This document shows, piece after piece, positions 7,757 through 17,284 of a stretch of DNA of 64,000 nt (position 1 is the first letter of the stretch; every line of letters begins with the position of its first letter). The position numbers were made by a program, and so were the translations under genes. The notes beneath the pieces were generated by a model, which was given only the letters and a program-made list of their open reading frames with translations, did no database searches and was not told the origin of the DNA. The stretch is taken from IMG/VR virus record IMGVR_UViG_3300046740_000431, positions 28,027 through 92,026 of that record; one strand, written 5' to 3'. Source of the DNA: a virus.

Positions 7757-10516
7757 TCACCGGCCACCCAAGCGCGCCGTCACGACCGGGGAGACCCGCC
7801 TGGCGTGGACGGTCACCGGCGACGATGCGATCCCAGCTGGCTGCACGACCACGTGAGCCACGGCGTCGCCGATCGGCCGGCTCCTGCGCGGCGTGGTGTC
7901 CGGGTAGACCGGCGCCCAAGACATGTCCGGGGCCGGGGCGCTCGGGATGACGGCTTCCGGCGCGGCGGCGCCGCCCTCGCGAACGGGCGAGCGTGCACGG
8001 TCGACGCGAGCCGGGAACGCCGGCAGCCAGGACAGGTCGGGGACCGGTGCGGCCGCGATCGGCAGGAGCGGGTCGACGGCGCCGGCGATGTCGGCGCGGC
8101 GCGCGGGCCGGCGGGCACCGGCATCTGGCAGCCATGCGCTCACCGGCGGAGGAGGGACGAGCACCGGATCGGCCAGGCCGACCACTGCCGCTGGATGCCG
8201 ACGAGTCCGCGCCGTCCGCGTGTCGGTCGGCAACCAGTCGATCGGCGTGGACGGCTGCACGGGCGGCGCGGTCTCGCCACCGGCCGGACCTCGAGCAGCT
8301 CGAGGTGCCCTGTCTGGGTGGTGCGCGGCCCACGTCAGCGGCCCAGCGTTGGTGTCGCTCGGCGGCGCGGTCTCGCCGTCGGTTCGTGCCCGGCGCGGCC
8401 GCGGGGCAGGCTGGTAGACCGGGGCCCAGCTGAGCGGCGTCACGACCGGCGCGGCAACGACGATCGGCTCGACGGCTCCACCCTCGATCCGCGGGCGCGC
8501 GCGGCGCGTCGTCTCGGGTGCCGGGATCAGCCAGTCGAACGGCTGCAGGTCCGCCGAGACGGCCTGGAACGCGAGGAGCGCCATCTGGCCGCCCTCGTTG
8601 AGCCCGCCCTGGGCGCGGAAGCTGTACGTCCCCTTGAGGTCGACGAGCCGCGTGGCGATCTCGACCTGGATGTAGCCATTCGGGTTGACGTCACCCTCGG
8701 CGCACGCCCGGTGGATCTTGGCGAACCCGTCGAGGAACGTGAAGACGTGGTCCTGGTTGACGTCGCCGTTTCCGAAGATGATGGCGACGAGCAGCGCCTT
8801 GGCCGTGGTCGTGACGGTCCCGCTCGTGATGGTGGCCGCGGCACCGTTGGCGCGCTCGACGATGCTCGAGGCCTGCAGGATGGGGGCGTCGAAGATCTCG
8901 AGCCCTGCGATGACGACCTCGTCCTCGTTACCACCGACGTTCCCGATCGACGCCGACCACGTGTGCGCCGTCCCGCCGGCGGCGGAGATCTTCACGGCGA
9001 CGCTTGCCGAAGACCCGGCGAACGCGTCGTAGGGCCGCGGGGTCCCAGGGATGTACGTGTAGACGTTCCCGCGCGCGTCGGTCGCCTGGTTCGGCGACGA
9101 GGCCTGGTCGCCTCGAGCGAAGGCGGCGACGAGCGTCGAGTAGAGCGGCGCGGTGTCAGTCGTCCGCAGGAGCGTGTGCGTCCCGGTGCCTGCGCTCGTG
9201 ATGTCCACGACCGTGCCGGCCTTCGCGAGCGCAGGGGACAGCGCCAGCTTGAGGGTCGTGCCGGTCGGTGCCGCGACGAAGTACGGCGTGACGCCGTCGG
9301 TGTTGCCCGGGAACGTTCCGGTGGTCGCGATCAGGAACGGGCCGGCGCACAGCACCATGCCGTGCGCCGCGGTGGTCAGCGTGTCGGTCGACGCGTCGGC
9401 GGTGAACGTGAGGTCCGTGCCAAACGTGGTGAGCGAACCGCCGGTAAACGCGAGCCCGCTCAGGATGTTCTGGCGCACGGCGGCGCCACCGGTGGTCAGC
9501 CTGGCACCGCCGCCGAACGGAGGAGCGAAGCTGCTCTCGAAGAACGCTCGGCGAGCTCGTGGCGAGCGATCGGCGAACGTCGGCAGCCAGCCGATGCCCG
9601 GCGTGGGAGCCGCCGGCAGCGTGGCCTCGGGCGCGACGTGGCCGCCTACCAGGACCGCCGCTCGAGCTCGTGGCGCGCGGTCCGCGAAGCTCGGCGCCCA
9701 GCTGAGCAGGGGCTCGGTGGGGTTCTGGATCGTCGCCTCGGGACCGGCCATCCCTCCGACGATCGCGGCCGCGCGCGGGCGGGGTGCGCGATCGGGGAAG
9801 GTCGGCGACCACGAGAGCGGCGGCGCGCCGGCGTTGACGTCCGGCGCTTCCGGCTCTACGACGTCCCCGGTGCGCGCGGGCGCCGCGCGGCGAGCTTGGC
9901 GGTCCGGCATGGACGGCAACCACGAGCAGTCGGGGAGCGCGGGGCCAGGCGCAGGCGTCGTCACCGGAGCGGCGAGCACCGACAGCATCAACGCGGCCGC
10001 GGTCACCCGCTGGCGCCCCGGCTCGCCGAACCACGGCATCCACGGGACCTCCGGTGCCGTGTCGTCGATGCTCGAGATCGTGCCGTCGAACGTGAACTGG
10101 TTGGCGGTGAACTGCCCGGACTCGAGCGTCTGGGTCGGGTCGACGTAGGGTCCAGCCGTGGTGAACGCGAACGTCCCGTTCCCGGTGGTCGCGCCGGAGA
10201 TCGTCACCGAGCGCGACGCCGGCCTGGCATCGATGATCACGGTGATCGCCTGCCCGGCCGACCACGTCATCGGCTGCGAGAACACGAGCACGTCGCCCGG
10301 CGTCGTGTAGAGCTCGAGGCTGGCGTCGTCGAGCCAGATCCCGCCGTTCGGCTGGGCGAACAGGCTGTGGAAGTTGCCGCCGGTGAACGCCGTCGACGCC
10401 AGCGTGGGCGTGAACGTGAAGCGCCAGATCCCCGTGTTGATGGCGAGCGCCGTCGAGGCGAAGGTGTTCGCCGCGAACGTCTGCGGCGTCGCCGTCACCC
10501 TGAGCAGCGTGGTCAT
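7757..10516 (-). CDS. large repeat-containing virion or fibre-like protein (919 aa)
   Basis: Thr/Gly-rich beta domains alternating with Pro/Arg-rich segments carrying about 12 'LSW.P.F.DR.PR.R' repeats. Confidence 0.7.
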   Translation of the reverse strand: MTTLLRVTATPQTFAANTFASTALAINTGIWRFTFTPTLASTAFTGGNFHSLFAQPNGGIWLDDASLELYTTPGDVLVFSQPMTWSAGQAITVIIDARPASRSVTISGATTGNGTFAFTTAGPYVDPTQTLESGQFTANQFTFDGTISSIDDTAPEVPWMPWFGEPGRQRVTAAALMLSVLAAPVTTPAPGPALPDCSWLPSMPDRQARRAAPARTGDVVEPEAPDVNAGAPPLSWSPTFPDRAPRPRAAAIVGGMAGPEATIQNPTEPLLSWAPSFADRAPRARAAVLVGGHVAPEATLPAAPTPGIGWLPTFADRSPRARRAFFESSFAPPFGGGARLTTGGAAVRQNILSGLAFTGGSLTTFGTDLTFTADASTDTLTTAAHGMVLCAGPFLIATTGTFPGNTDGVTPYFVAAPTGTTLKLALSPALAKAGTVVDITSAGTGTHTLLRTTDTAPLYSTLVAAFARGDQASSPNQATDARGNVYTYIPGTPRPYDAFAGSSASVAVKISAAGGTAHTWSASIGNVGGNEDEVVIAGLEIFDAPILQASSIVERANGAAATITSGTVTTTAKALLVAIIFGNGDVNQDHVFTFLDGFAKIHRACAEGDVNPNGYIQVEIATRLVDLKGTYSFRAQGGLNEGGQMALLAFQAVSADLQPFDWLIPAPETTRRARPRIEGGAVEPIVVAAPVVTPLSWAPVYQPAPRPRRARTDGETAPPSDTNAGPLTWAAHHPDRAPRAARGPAGGETAPPVQPSTPIDWLPTDTRTARTRRHPAAVVGLADPVLVPPPPVSAWLPDAGARRPARRADIAGAVDPLLPIAAAPVPDLSWLPAFPARVDRARSPVREGGAAAPEAVIPSAPAPDMSWAPVYPDTTPRRSRPIGDAVAHVVVQPAGIASSPVTVHARRVSPVVTARLGGR

Positions 10517-10519
10517 CCG

Positions 10520-10789
10520 CTACCCGCTACCGAGGTACTCGACGCCTCGGAGGAACACGCGGCGGCCCTCCATGCGCTCGAGCTTGGCCTCGAACGGGGT
10601 GCACGGCTTGTCCGCGCACGGCCCGCAGGTGTGCTTGAAGCACAACCGGCAGAACCCGCCCACGTCGGCCGCGGCGGCGCCCGGCGCGATGATCACGACG
10701 TGCTGGCAGTGGCAGCACGTGATCGTGCTCCGCTCCACGGTCGGCGCGTCCGGGTCCGTGATGATCAGCGTGCCGAACTCGCGCGCCAC
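10520..10789 (-). CDS. small multi-Cys Zn-binding protein
   Basis: CCHC, CRLC, CGPC and C motifs in 89 aa. Confidence 0.7.
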   Translation of the reverse strand: MAREFGTLIITDPDAPTVERSTITCCHCQHVVIIAPGAAAADVGGFCRLCFKHTCGPCADKPCTPFEAKLERMEGRRVFLRGVEYLGSG

Positions 10790-10793
10790 CGGC

Positions 10794-11246
10794 CTACAGC
10801 TCCTCGATGTAGAGCGTCCCCGTGCACGCGACCGTCGCCGCGGTCGGCGTTCGGAGCGCGATCCCGTTGTTGGCGGTCGCCGGGACGACGATCTCGCCGT
10901 CCGGCGCCGGCACCCAGCGGAACGAGGCGCGCTGGTTCAGGCCGAGCGACCAGAGGATCGCGTTGGCGGTCAGCGTCGGATCCACGGTGTGGGCCTGCGC
11001 GGCGTCGAACAGCGCGACGGCGTTGGCCGTGTCGAGCGGCTGCGGCGTCACGGTGGTGCCGGTGCCGACGGTGGTGCAGCGCTGGATCTGCCACAGGAAC
11101 CCGTTGTCCGCGGGGGTGGCCTCGCCGGCCGACACGATCATGTCGTAGAGCCTGAGCCGGCGCGGCGTGGTCGCGTCGGCGGTGACATTGCCCACGCTGA
11201 GGGTGGCGGATGCGGTGCGGGTCAGAGCGACGGAGTAGCGGCCCAT
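10794..11246 (-). CDS. beta-rich putative virion structural protein
   Basis: Thr/Ala-rich 150 aa ending in a hydrophobic strand plus EE; AAAGGA RBS. Confidence 0.7.
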   Translation of the reverse strand: MGRYSVALTRTASATLSVGNVTADATTPRRLRLYDMIVSAGEATPADNGFLWQIQRCTTVGTGTTVTPQPLDTANAVALFDAAQAHTVDPTLTANAILWSLGLNQRASFRWVPAPDGEIVVPATANNGIALRTPTAATVACTGTLYIEEL

Positions 11247-11318
11247 GATCGTGTCCTTTGTCGTGGGGCCGGGGCCCCGGTGTAGGACAGCGATGATGGG
11301 ACCGCGCTGGCGGGCGCG

Positions 11319-11516
11319 CTACCCCGGTCCGGTGGCCAGCGCCTTCTCGACCTCGTCGCCGAGACCATCGCGCCAGGCTCGGTACCACTGCGGATTCCTG
11401 CCCTGGGCATCGGGTCGCCAGCCGAGCTCGCGGCAATACGCGGTCGCGAGCTTGCCGATCCCGTGGCGAGCGATGAGATCTCTGACGTCTGGCTTCACGC
11501 TGGAACTTTCGAGCAC
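11319..11516 (-). CDS. hypothetical protein
   Basis: 65-aa ORF in a co-oriented run. Confidence 0.35.
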   Translation of the reverse strand: MLESSSVKPDVRDLIARHGIGKLATAYCRELGWRPDAQGRNPQWYRAWRDGLGDEVEKALATGPG

Positions 11517-11770
11517 GGACCTACGTGACCGCTCATCCTGCGACAGACAAAGAACTGCTCGTCTTCAGTCACGGTCGTGGTCCCGCAGATCGACGGGTAC
11601 CCGATGCCGAGGTCAACCGAGATCTGGTGGTTCTGCCACCGCGGCCACGTTGACCGCTCGAGATCCCTGGCAGCCATAGCCTCCGACCGGCGCGCCGCGA
11701 CAGCAGATCTCGCCTGCGCTGGCGTCGGCCGCCGCGGTGCCCGGCGCAGCTTGCGGCTCGCGTTGCTCAC
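11495..11770 (-). CDS. hypothetical protein
   Basis: Coupled GTG start; C...C.R..GH.GPC motif. Confidence 0.4.
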   Translation of the reverse strand: MSNASRKLRRAPRRPTPAQARSAVAARRSEAMAARDLERSTWPRWQNHQISVDLGIGYPSICGTTTVTEDEQFFVCRRMSGHVGPCSKVPA

Positions 11771-12009
11771 GGCTGCTCCATTGGCCTGCTGTGGATCTCC
11801 TTGTTGCTGCGGTCGATCTCCTCCTTCATCTTGCCGATGAACACCCGCCTCTGATCGGCGTTCTCGGGGATGTGGTCGAGCGCCGCGCGGCCCAGCGCGG
11901 AGACCCGCATCTCGGCCAGCACGCGGCGCGTGAGCCAAGTAACGCGGAGCGTCTGCCAAATGGCGAGTGCGCCGGTGAACAGGGTGCAAACGATGCTGAC
12001 CAGCGTCAT
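11767..12009 (-). CDS. small membrane protein
   Basis: N-terminal hydrophobic helix MTLVSIVCTLFTGALAIW; GAGGA RBS. Confidence 0.5.
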   Translation of the reverse strand: MTLVSIVCTLFTGALAIWQTLRVTWLTRRVLAEMRVSALGRAALDHIPENADQRRVFIGKMKEEIDRSNKEIHSRPMEQP

Positions 12010-12124
12010 GACGTCCTGTGGTCCTCTCCGTAGTCGTTGGGCTGCTGGCTGGGAGATCCCGGCCAGGCGTTGAGGTTCGCGTAGGCGACCAGGAACACCC
12101 AGGCGCCGGCCACGAGACACCAGG

Positions 12125-14164
12125 TCAAGCTGCCCTCGCGTACTCGATCGTGCGGATCGCAGCCATGCCGACGGCGCGCGCGAGCTGCGGAGGCACGCTG
12201 TTTCCGACGCATTTGATCTGCGCGGTTTTGGTGAGCGGCTTCCCGCGGAACAGCAGCTCGATCTTGTAGCTCGGCGGGAAGCCCTGGCAGAGGAACAACT
12301 CGCGCGCCGTGAGCATGCGGAACCCGATGTCGACGAGGACCCACTGCACGCCGTCAATCTCGAGGACGATCGGCGCGTCGTAGCCCAGGAACCTGGCCAC
12401 GCGCATCGCCCGCTCGCTGACCTCGAGCTCCATGGTGAGCGTGACCAGCGCGAAGCGATCCCGGGTGTCGATGGTCGACAGCGGCTTGGCGAGCGACTCC
12501 GGCCCGCTCTCGCCGTTGTAGCGGATCAGGTACGCGGCGGTCATCGCGTGATGCGTGCCGGACGCCGAGATCGTGTCCAGCGGCTCCTCGACGGCGTGGC
12601 TCGACGCGGCCACGTGCGCGTCGCTCGTCCCGCGCAGCTTTAGCAGGTTGAGCATGGCCACCGAGTGGTGGTCGCGCTGGGTGATCGTGCCGATCGGCGC
12701 GTTCATTCGCTGGCCGCCAGCGAAGCCGCCCTCGCGCTCGCCGTAGTTCTTGACCAGCACGGGCATCGCCAGTCCGTGCTTCTGGGTGCCGACGATAGTC
12801 CCGATCGGCTTCTGGGCGTCGTAGACGCGGGGCTCCTGCGCCTTCGTGGTCTCGGTGGCTCCTCGCTCGCCGTTCGAGCGATGGACGAGGTACGGGGTCG
12901 CCACCGCCAGGCGCCTTGAGGTGTCGATCGTCGAGAGCGGTTCGTCTGGCCGCTGACCGCGCGCCTCGCCGTCGCGCTGGCCGTTGTACCGGACGACCAC
13001 GGGCGCTGCCACGGCGTGCTCGCCGCGCTTCGACGTCATGATCGTGGTGAGCGGCACGTCGGCGTTTTGCGCGTCGTTGCCGCCGCCGCCGTACGTCTTC
13101 GCCTTGAGCACGAGCGGCGACACGACGCCGTGGCCGTCGCGGTTGCCGCAGATCGTCCGCATCGGCTCGTCCACGCTCGAGACGCGAACGTCCGTCCCGC
13201 CCTTGTCGCCGTAGGACGTCGGCACAATGAACGGGCGACCGGCACCGAACACGAAGCGCTCGATCCCGGCCCGGATCCGCGCGAGCGTCTTCTCGGCGAG
13301 CGCCTTTGCCCGCTCGAAGATCGAGGGGCACTCGATCGACCAGTCGATGCACTCGGCCGCGGTTCGCCACGGCTTCGCCCGGTTCGGGCCGTGCGTGGGC
13401 TCTGGCCACACGGCCGGGTTGTCGCTGGCGATCAGCACGAACCGCTTCCGGCTCGTCGGCGCGCCGTAGTCGCTCGCCTTCAGGACGCGGTACGAGACGT
13501 GCCGGTAGTACTTCCCGAGCCTCGAGATGAACGCGTTGAACAGCGACCCGATGCGCGCCTTGATCGGCCGCATGAAGTTGCAGTTCTTGAGGCACTTCGG
13601 GCGCCGCTTCCCGCTCTTGGTATCCGTCCCCCGCCGCGCGGCGAGCTCGTCGCTGCACCCGTTCGAGTGGCAGCGGTGGAGCGGACCCCACTTCATGAAC
13701 GGCTCGACGTTCTCGAGCGACATCACGCGCGGCCTGACCGCCGACGCTGCCCACGAGACCGCGATCCAGGCGAGCCCGCGCACCTTGGTCGCTTCCTTGT
13801 CGAGCGGCCCGCCCTTGGCCTGCGAGAAGAAGATGCACGTAGGCGAGAAGTGCGCGTAGGCGATCCGCTTCCCGCCGCTCGCCGCGACCGGGTCGACCTT
13901 CACGATGTCCTCGCAGAACACCCGGCACCTGGGGTTGTTCTCCTCGTACATGGCCAGCGCGGCCGCCCAGTGGTTCACCGCGATCGTCGGTGCCCGGCGC
14001 TCGATGCCGAGTTCCTCGTACGCCCACCTCATGCCCAGGCTCGCGCCTCCACCGCCGGCGAAGTTGTCGGCGTCTGGCTCGTCGGGATCTACCCAGACGC
14101 GGAGCGGCGGAGCGCTGGCCGGCTCACCGTCGCAGAACAGCTGCAGCTGAGGTCTCACCTTCAC
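12125..14164 (-). CDS. C5-cytosine DNA methyltransferase
   Basis: Motif I FAGGGGAS, IV FSPTC, VI ENV, VIII GAPTSRKR, X GNSVPP; long variable region with repeated P(L/I).TI units. Confidence 0.93.
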   Translation of the reverse strand: MKVRPQLQLFCDGEPASAPPLRVWVDPDEPDADNFAGGGGASLGMRWAYEELGIERRAPTIAVNHWAAALAMYEENNPRCRVFCEDIVKVDPVAASGGKRIAYAHFSPTCIFFSQAKGGPLDKEATKVRGLAWIAVSWAASAVRPRVMSLENVEPFMKWGPLHRCHSNGCSDELAARRGTDTKSGKRRPKCLKNCNFMRPIKARIGSLFNAFISRLGKYYRHVSYRVLKASDYGAPTSRKRFVLIASDNPAVWPEPTHGPNRAKPWRTAAECIDWSIECPSIFERAKALAEKTLARIRAGIERFVFGAGRPFIVPTSYGDKGGTDVRVSSVDEPMRTICGNRDGHGVVSPLVLKAKTYGGGGNDAQNADVPLTTIMTSKRGEHAVAAPVVVRYNGQRDGEARGQRPDEPLSTIDTSRRLAVATPYLVHRSNGERGATETTKAQEPRVYDAQKPIGTIVGTQKHGLAMPVLVKNYGEREGGFAGGQRMNAPIGTITQRDHHSVAMLNLLKLRGTSDAHVAASSHAVEEPLDTISASGTHHAMTAAYLIRYNGESGPESLAKPLSTIDTRDRFALVTLTMELEVSERAMRVARFLGYDAPIVLEIDGVQWVLVDIGFRMLTARELFLCQGFPPSYKIELLFRGKPLTKTAQIKCVGNSVPPQLARAVGMAAIRTIEYARAA

Positions 14165-14751
14165 GGGGTCTCCAGCGTAGCCCTGGCCGCGACGTATCGA
14201 CCGTCGGCGGCCAGCTCGTCGGCCTCGAAGTTGGACACCAAGATCTCGACGAGATCCCGGGTTGCGGTCTCGAGCTCCCGGATCCGCTCGAGCAGCTCGC
14301 AGATCTCGCCCTCGCGCAGCAGGAGCTCATCGCAGACCACGCGCGTGCTCTCGTCACCGGCGCCACGGCCGCGGAGATCCGCCACCGCAGCTGAGACCAT
14401 GCCGGCCCTGGAGCGCAGCGCCTCGTACGTGAGCGACGAGATCCCGTCACCTGCACGGGGGATCATACCGTATGTAGATCCCTCCGGTTGGATCCCCTCT
14501 CCTTGGCAGGCAAGGCAGGCGCCGGTCCCGCGGCAGGTCCGGCACATCGCCGCGAGCCAGAGGCAGTCGGGCAGGTGGTCCACCGCGTAGGCAGCCGTAC
14601 CCTGCGTGACGGGAACCCCGGCGCAGCGGCACAGCTCCGACGGGTGCTCGCCGCCGGAGACCTTCGGCCAGACGAACGGCTTGGGCTCTGGCGCGAGCAG
14701 CATCCTCCACGCGCGGCGCTGCTGGCGTAGGAACGTCGCGATCCGCCTCAT
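14161..14751 (-). CDS. hypothetical protein
   Basis: Coupled ATG; CxxCxGxG motifs and a coiled coil. Confidence 0.45.
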   Translation of the reverse strand: MRRIATFLRQQRRAWRMLLAPEPKPFVWPKVSGGEHPSELCRCAGVPVTQGTAAYAVDHLPDCLWLAAMCRTCRGTGACLACQGEGIQPEGSTYGMIPRAGDGISSLTYEALRSRAGMVSAAVADLRGRGAGDESTRVVCDELLLREGEICELLERIRELETATRDLVEILVSNFEADELAADGRYVAARATLETP

Positions 14752-15266
14752 CCTCCGACCTCGACCGCCGACGACGACTGCTCTGCACTGCGGGGTGCAG
14801 GATCGGCGTTGGTCACCGGGATCTCGATGGGCAGAACCTCCTCCCTCCGTCGACGACGACCGATCGGTCCCGTCTGGAACCCAACCAGGATGCTGTGCTG
14901 TTCTCGCACCCAAGAAACGCTGAGATCCTGGATTGTGCCAGAAAGTACTAGGTCCCCAATCCGCTGGAGTACGTTGGCGACTGCCCTCCTGCGCTGCACC
15001 TCCGGCTCGGCGAACGACACCGCGCCGTGCTTGAGTGCGCGGCGGATCTCGCGGAGCGACCGGTCGGCGACCACATCGGCGTCGAGGTCGTGCTCGGCAA
15101 CGCTCTGCTGGCGGAGCACGCGCTTGGCGGCGTCGTGCCAGGCCAGGTCGTCCATGGTGATGCCGACGGCGTGTTGGCCGGCGAGGTTGGTGATCCTGAC
15201 CTCCTCGATCGGGATCTCGAGGGTGATCAGGATGTCCTGGTCGTTGATGACGTGGGAGGTCTTCAC
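14748..15266 (-). CDS. hypothetical protein
   Basis: 172 aa, coupled at both ends. Confidence 0.55.
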   Translation of the reverse strand: MKTSHVINDQDILITLEIPIEEVRITNLAGQHAVGITMDDLAWHDAAKRVLRQQSVAEHDLDADVVADRSLREIRRALKHGAVSFAEPEVQRRRAVANVLQRIGDLVLSGTIQDLSVSWVREQHSILVGFQTGPIGRRRRREEVLPIEIPVTNADPAPRSAEQSSSAVEVGG

Positions 15267-15499
15267 GTGATCTCCGGCGTCTGGTGGAGCGCCCTGGTCG
15301 CAGCGAGCTCGGCGTCGATTGCGTCGGACTCGGCCCGCGAGGCGCGGTCGTGTTCGAGCTTAGCGGCCTCGAGCCGGCGATCGGCGTCGTGTCGCGCGGA
15401 GCCGGCCTCGTAGCGGGCGCGGACCGCAGCCTCGAACGCCTTGAGCGTACCCACCGTGACGGTGACGGTGCGATGGTCGTCTGCGTTGAACTTCTTCAC
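15263..15499 (-). CDS. hypothetical coiled-coil protein
   Basis: Coupled GTG start. Confidence 0.45.
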   Translation of the reverse strand: MKKFNADDHRTVTVTVGTLKAFEAAVRARYEAGSARHDADRRLEAAKLEHDRASRAESDAIDAELAATRALHQTPEIT

Positions 15500-15945
15500 G
15501 AGGGGATCGGCTCCCCGAGCCCGAAGCTCGACAGGATGCGGGCGAAGGCCTCTTCGTCCGTGGAGTACTCGGCGCCCAGCGCGCAGAACACGCTCTGCCT
15601 GGTGTCCCCGCTGAACACCAGCTGGCGGGCCCCACCGTAGGCGAAGCCGATCTCCGCCCAGGCGCCGCGGGTGGCGAGGTCGGGGTAGGCCTTGGGCGGG
15701 ACCAGGAACCACACGGTCAGCGCGGTCGCCGCCTCGGAAAGGCACTCGAGCGCGACGCGGCGGCGCTGCACTGGCGGCCAGCTGTCGGGGTTCGCCGCGC
15801 CGGCCTGCTCGATGCTGTCGATCCACGATGCCATGGCGTCAACGCCGGCCTGGCGGAGCCGGTCACGCCAGCGCTTGGCCCGCTCGATCTCCGCCGACGA
15901 CGCGGCGACGTACACCTTCGGTCCTGAAACTTTCTCTCGTGCCAT
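15496..15945 (-). CDS. nucleoside 2-deoxyribosyltransferase / nucleotide hydrolase-like protein
   Basis: KVYVAAS...SWID...TRGAWAEIGFA pattern; GGAGG RBS before ATG 15945. Confidence 0.7.
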   Translation of the reverse strand: MAREKVSGPKVYVAASSAEIERAKRWRDRLRQAGVDAMASWIDSIEQAGAANPDSWPPVQRRRVALECLSEAATALTVWFLVPPKAYPDLATRGAWAEIGFAYGGARQLVFSGDTRQSVFCALGAEYSTDEEAFARILSSFGLGEPIPS

Positions 15946-16019
15946 CTGGTCCTCCGCTCGGCCATGCGAGCTGCGAAAACCACGGTTGCATATCCGGGTG
16001 TGGCACGTCAATCACCGGG

Positions 16020-16772
16020 TCAGTGCTGTGGGTAGGTTACGCAGTGCACGCGGCCGTCCCAGCATGCCCGGCACTCGCCGCACTTGTTGTCCCTGGTCTC
16101 CACGGCGCGGCACTCGATGGACCCACGACCCTCGACCACGCGCACGCCGCTCGAGCTGTACGGGACGCTGGAGACCGCGCTGACGGGGATCCCGGCGAGC
16201 TCGGCGGGCAGCACGGGCTCCGAGTCGATCATGTGCGCGGAGAGCCGCACCGTGAGGTTGCCCGGGATCTCGCGACCGGCCAGGTACTCCCTGACCACCT
16301 CGTACTCCCTGGTGGGCAGCCAGTGCCTGACGCCCGGCGTTCTTCGGCAGACCTCGACGATGTTCTCGAGGTGCCAGAGGCCCTGTAGATCCCCGCTGTC
16401 ATGCCACCGGAACCAGTCGTGCGGCGGCCTGCAGGCGCTCGAGATCAGCTTGACCATCGCCTCGACCCAGAGCGGGTGGTGGATGCCGTTCCACCTGCGC
16501 CGGTGGCCCTCGAGCAGCGGGCGCCAGGTCCGGTACCAGTCGGTCATGGCGTAGCAGCCGGAGCACACCGAGCCAGGGACGCCGCGGAGCTTGCCGCCGG
16601 TCTGGCAGCGCTGGGCCGAGATCCCGTAGCTGTAGCCCGGCATCTTCGACGGGTGTCCGAGCGATCCAGCGATGGCCGTGGCCACCTTCCTGGTCATCGG
16701 CCCGCTGTAGTCGTGGGGGATCGCCGTCGCCTCCGTGAACTCGCGGACGACGGGCAGCGAGCCGCGGCGCAC
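16020..16772 (-). CDS. phage GP88-family protein (radical-SAM-like)
   Basis: KMPG.S, C-x13-CSGCYA, FRWHDSGD, HWLPTRE, NLTVRLS, CGECRACWD. Confidence 0.85.
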   Translation of the reverse strand: MRRGSLPVVREFTEATAIPHDYSGPMTRKVATAIAGSLGHPSKMPGYSYGISAQRCQTGGKLRGVPGSVCSGCYAMTDWYRTWRPLLEGHRRRWNGIHHPLWVEAMVKLISSACRPPHDWFRWHDSGDLQGLWHLENIVEVCRRTPGVRHWLPTREYEVVREYLAGREIPGNLTVRLSAHMIDSEPVLPAELAGIPVSAVSSVPYSSSGVRVVEGRGSIECRAVETRDNKCGECRACWDGRVHCVTYPQH

Positions 16773-17069
16773 CTACCCTCCGCCGGAATCGCCGAGGTCG
16801 ACGTAGCCGATGGACCGGAGCTCGCGCCTGGCCTGCTGCCGGTTGACCCGTCGGAACCTGCGGGTCATCGCGCGCGCCGCCGACTCTCCGCGGTGCCACG
16901 GCCGCCAGTGGTCCGCGGCGTGGGTGTGTCCGTTGATGATCCCCGGGTCGTCGCCGAATACGGCGCCCGGGATCTCAACCCACCTGAACCACAGAGAGTC
17001 GGAGCCGTCCATCCTGACGATGCCGTCGAGGCGCGGCGTCACGGCGTCGATCCTATCGATGTTGGTCAT
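16773..17069 (-). CDS. hypothetical protein
   Basis: Coupled ATG. Confidence 0.4.
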   Translation of the reverse strand: MTNIDRIDAVTPRLDGIVRMDGSDSLWFRWVEIPGAVFGDDPGIINGHTHAADHWRPWHRGESAARAMTRRFRRVNRQQARRELRSIGYVDLGDSGGG

Positions 17070-17284
17070 CGGGTGTGGTCCGCCGGGTAGATGCGGTTGA
17101 CGCGCTTCCCGCCGGCGGCTTCGTGGACGCTGGCGTCGAGCTCGTGGTCGAGCAGCCGACCGACCGAGTACTCCGCCGACTTGCTCTGCGATGCGTGCTC
17201 CTGGCACTGCTCGACCATGACCCACCCATCGAGCTCGGGATCGTACGCCTCCGAGCAGCCGCAGCCGCGGACGACAGCGCTCAC
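17066..17284 (-). CDS. hypothetical protein
   Basis: CGC...CxxH; coupled at both ends. Confidence 0.45.
   Translation of the reverse strand: MSAVVRGCGCSEAYDPELDGWVMVEQCQEHASQSKSAEYSVGRLLDHELDASVHEAAGGKRVNRIYPADHTR

Noticed and set aside
7805-11155. Very long plus-strand ORFs (7805..11155; also 992..2266, 13016..14590, 51000..53531, 60774..62750)
   Set aside because: Antisense shadows of real minus-strand genes caused by GC-rich codon bias; Arg/Gly-rich with no motifs
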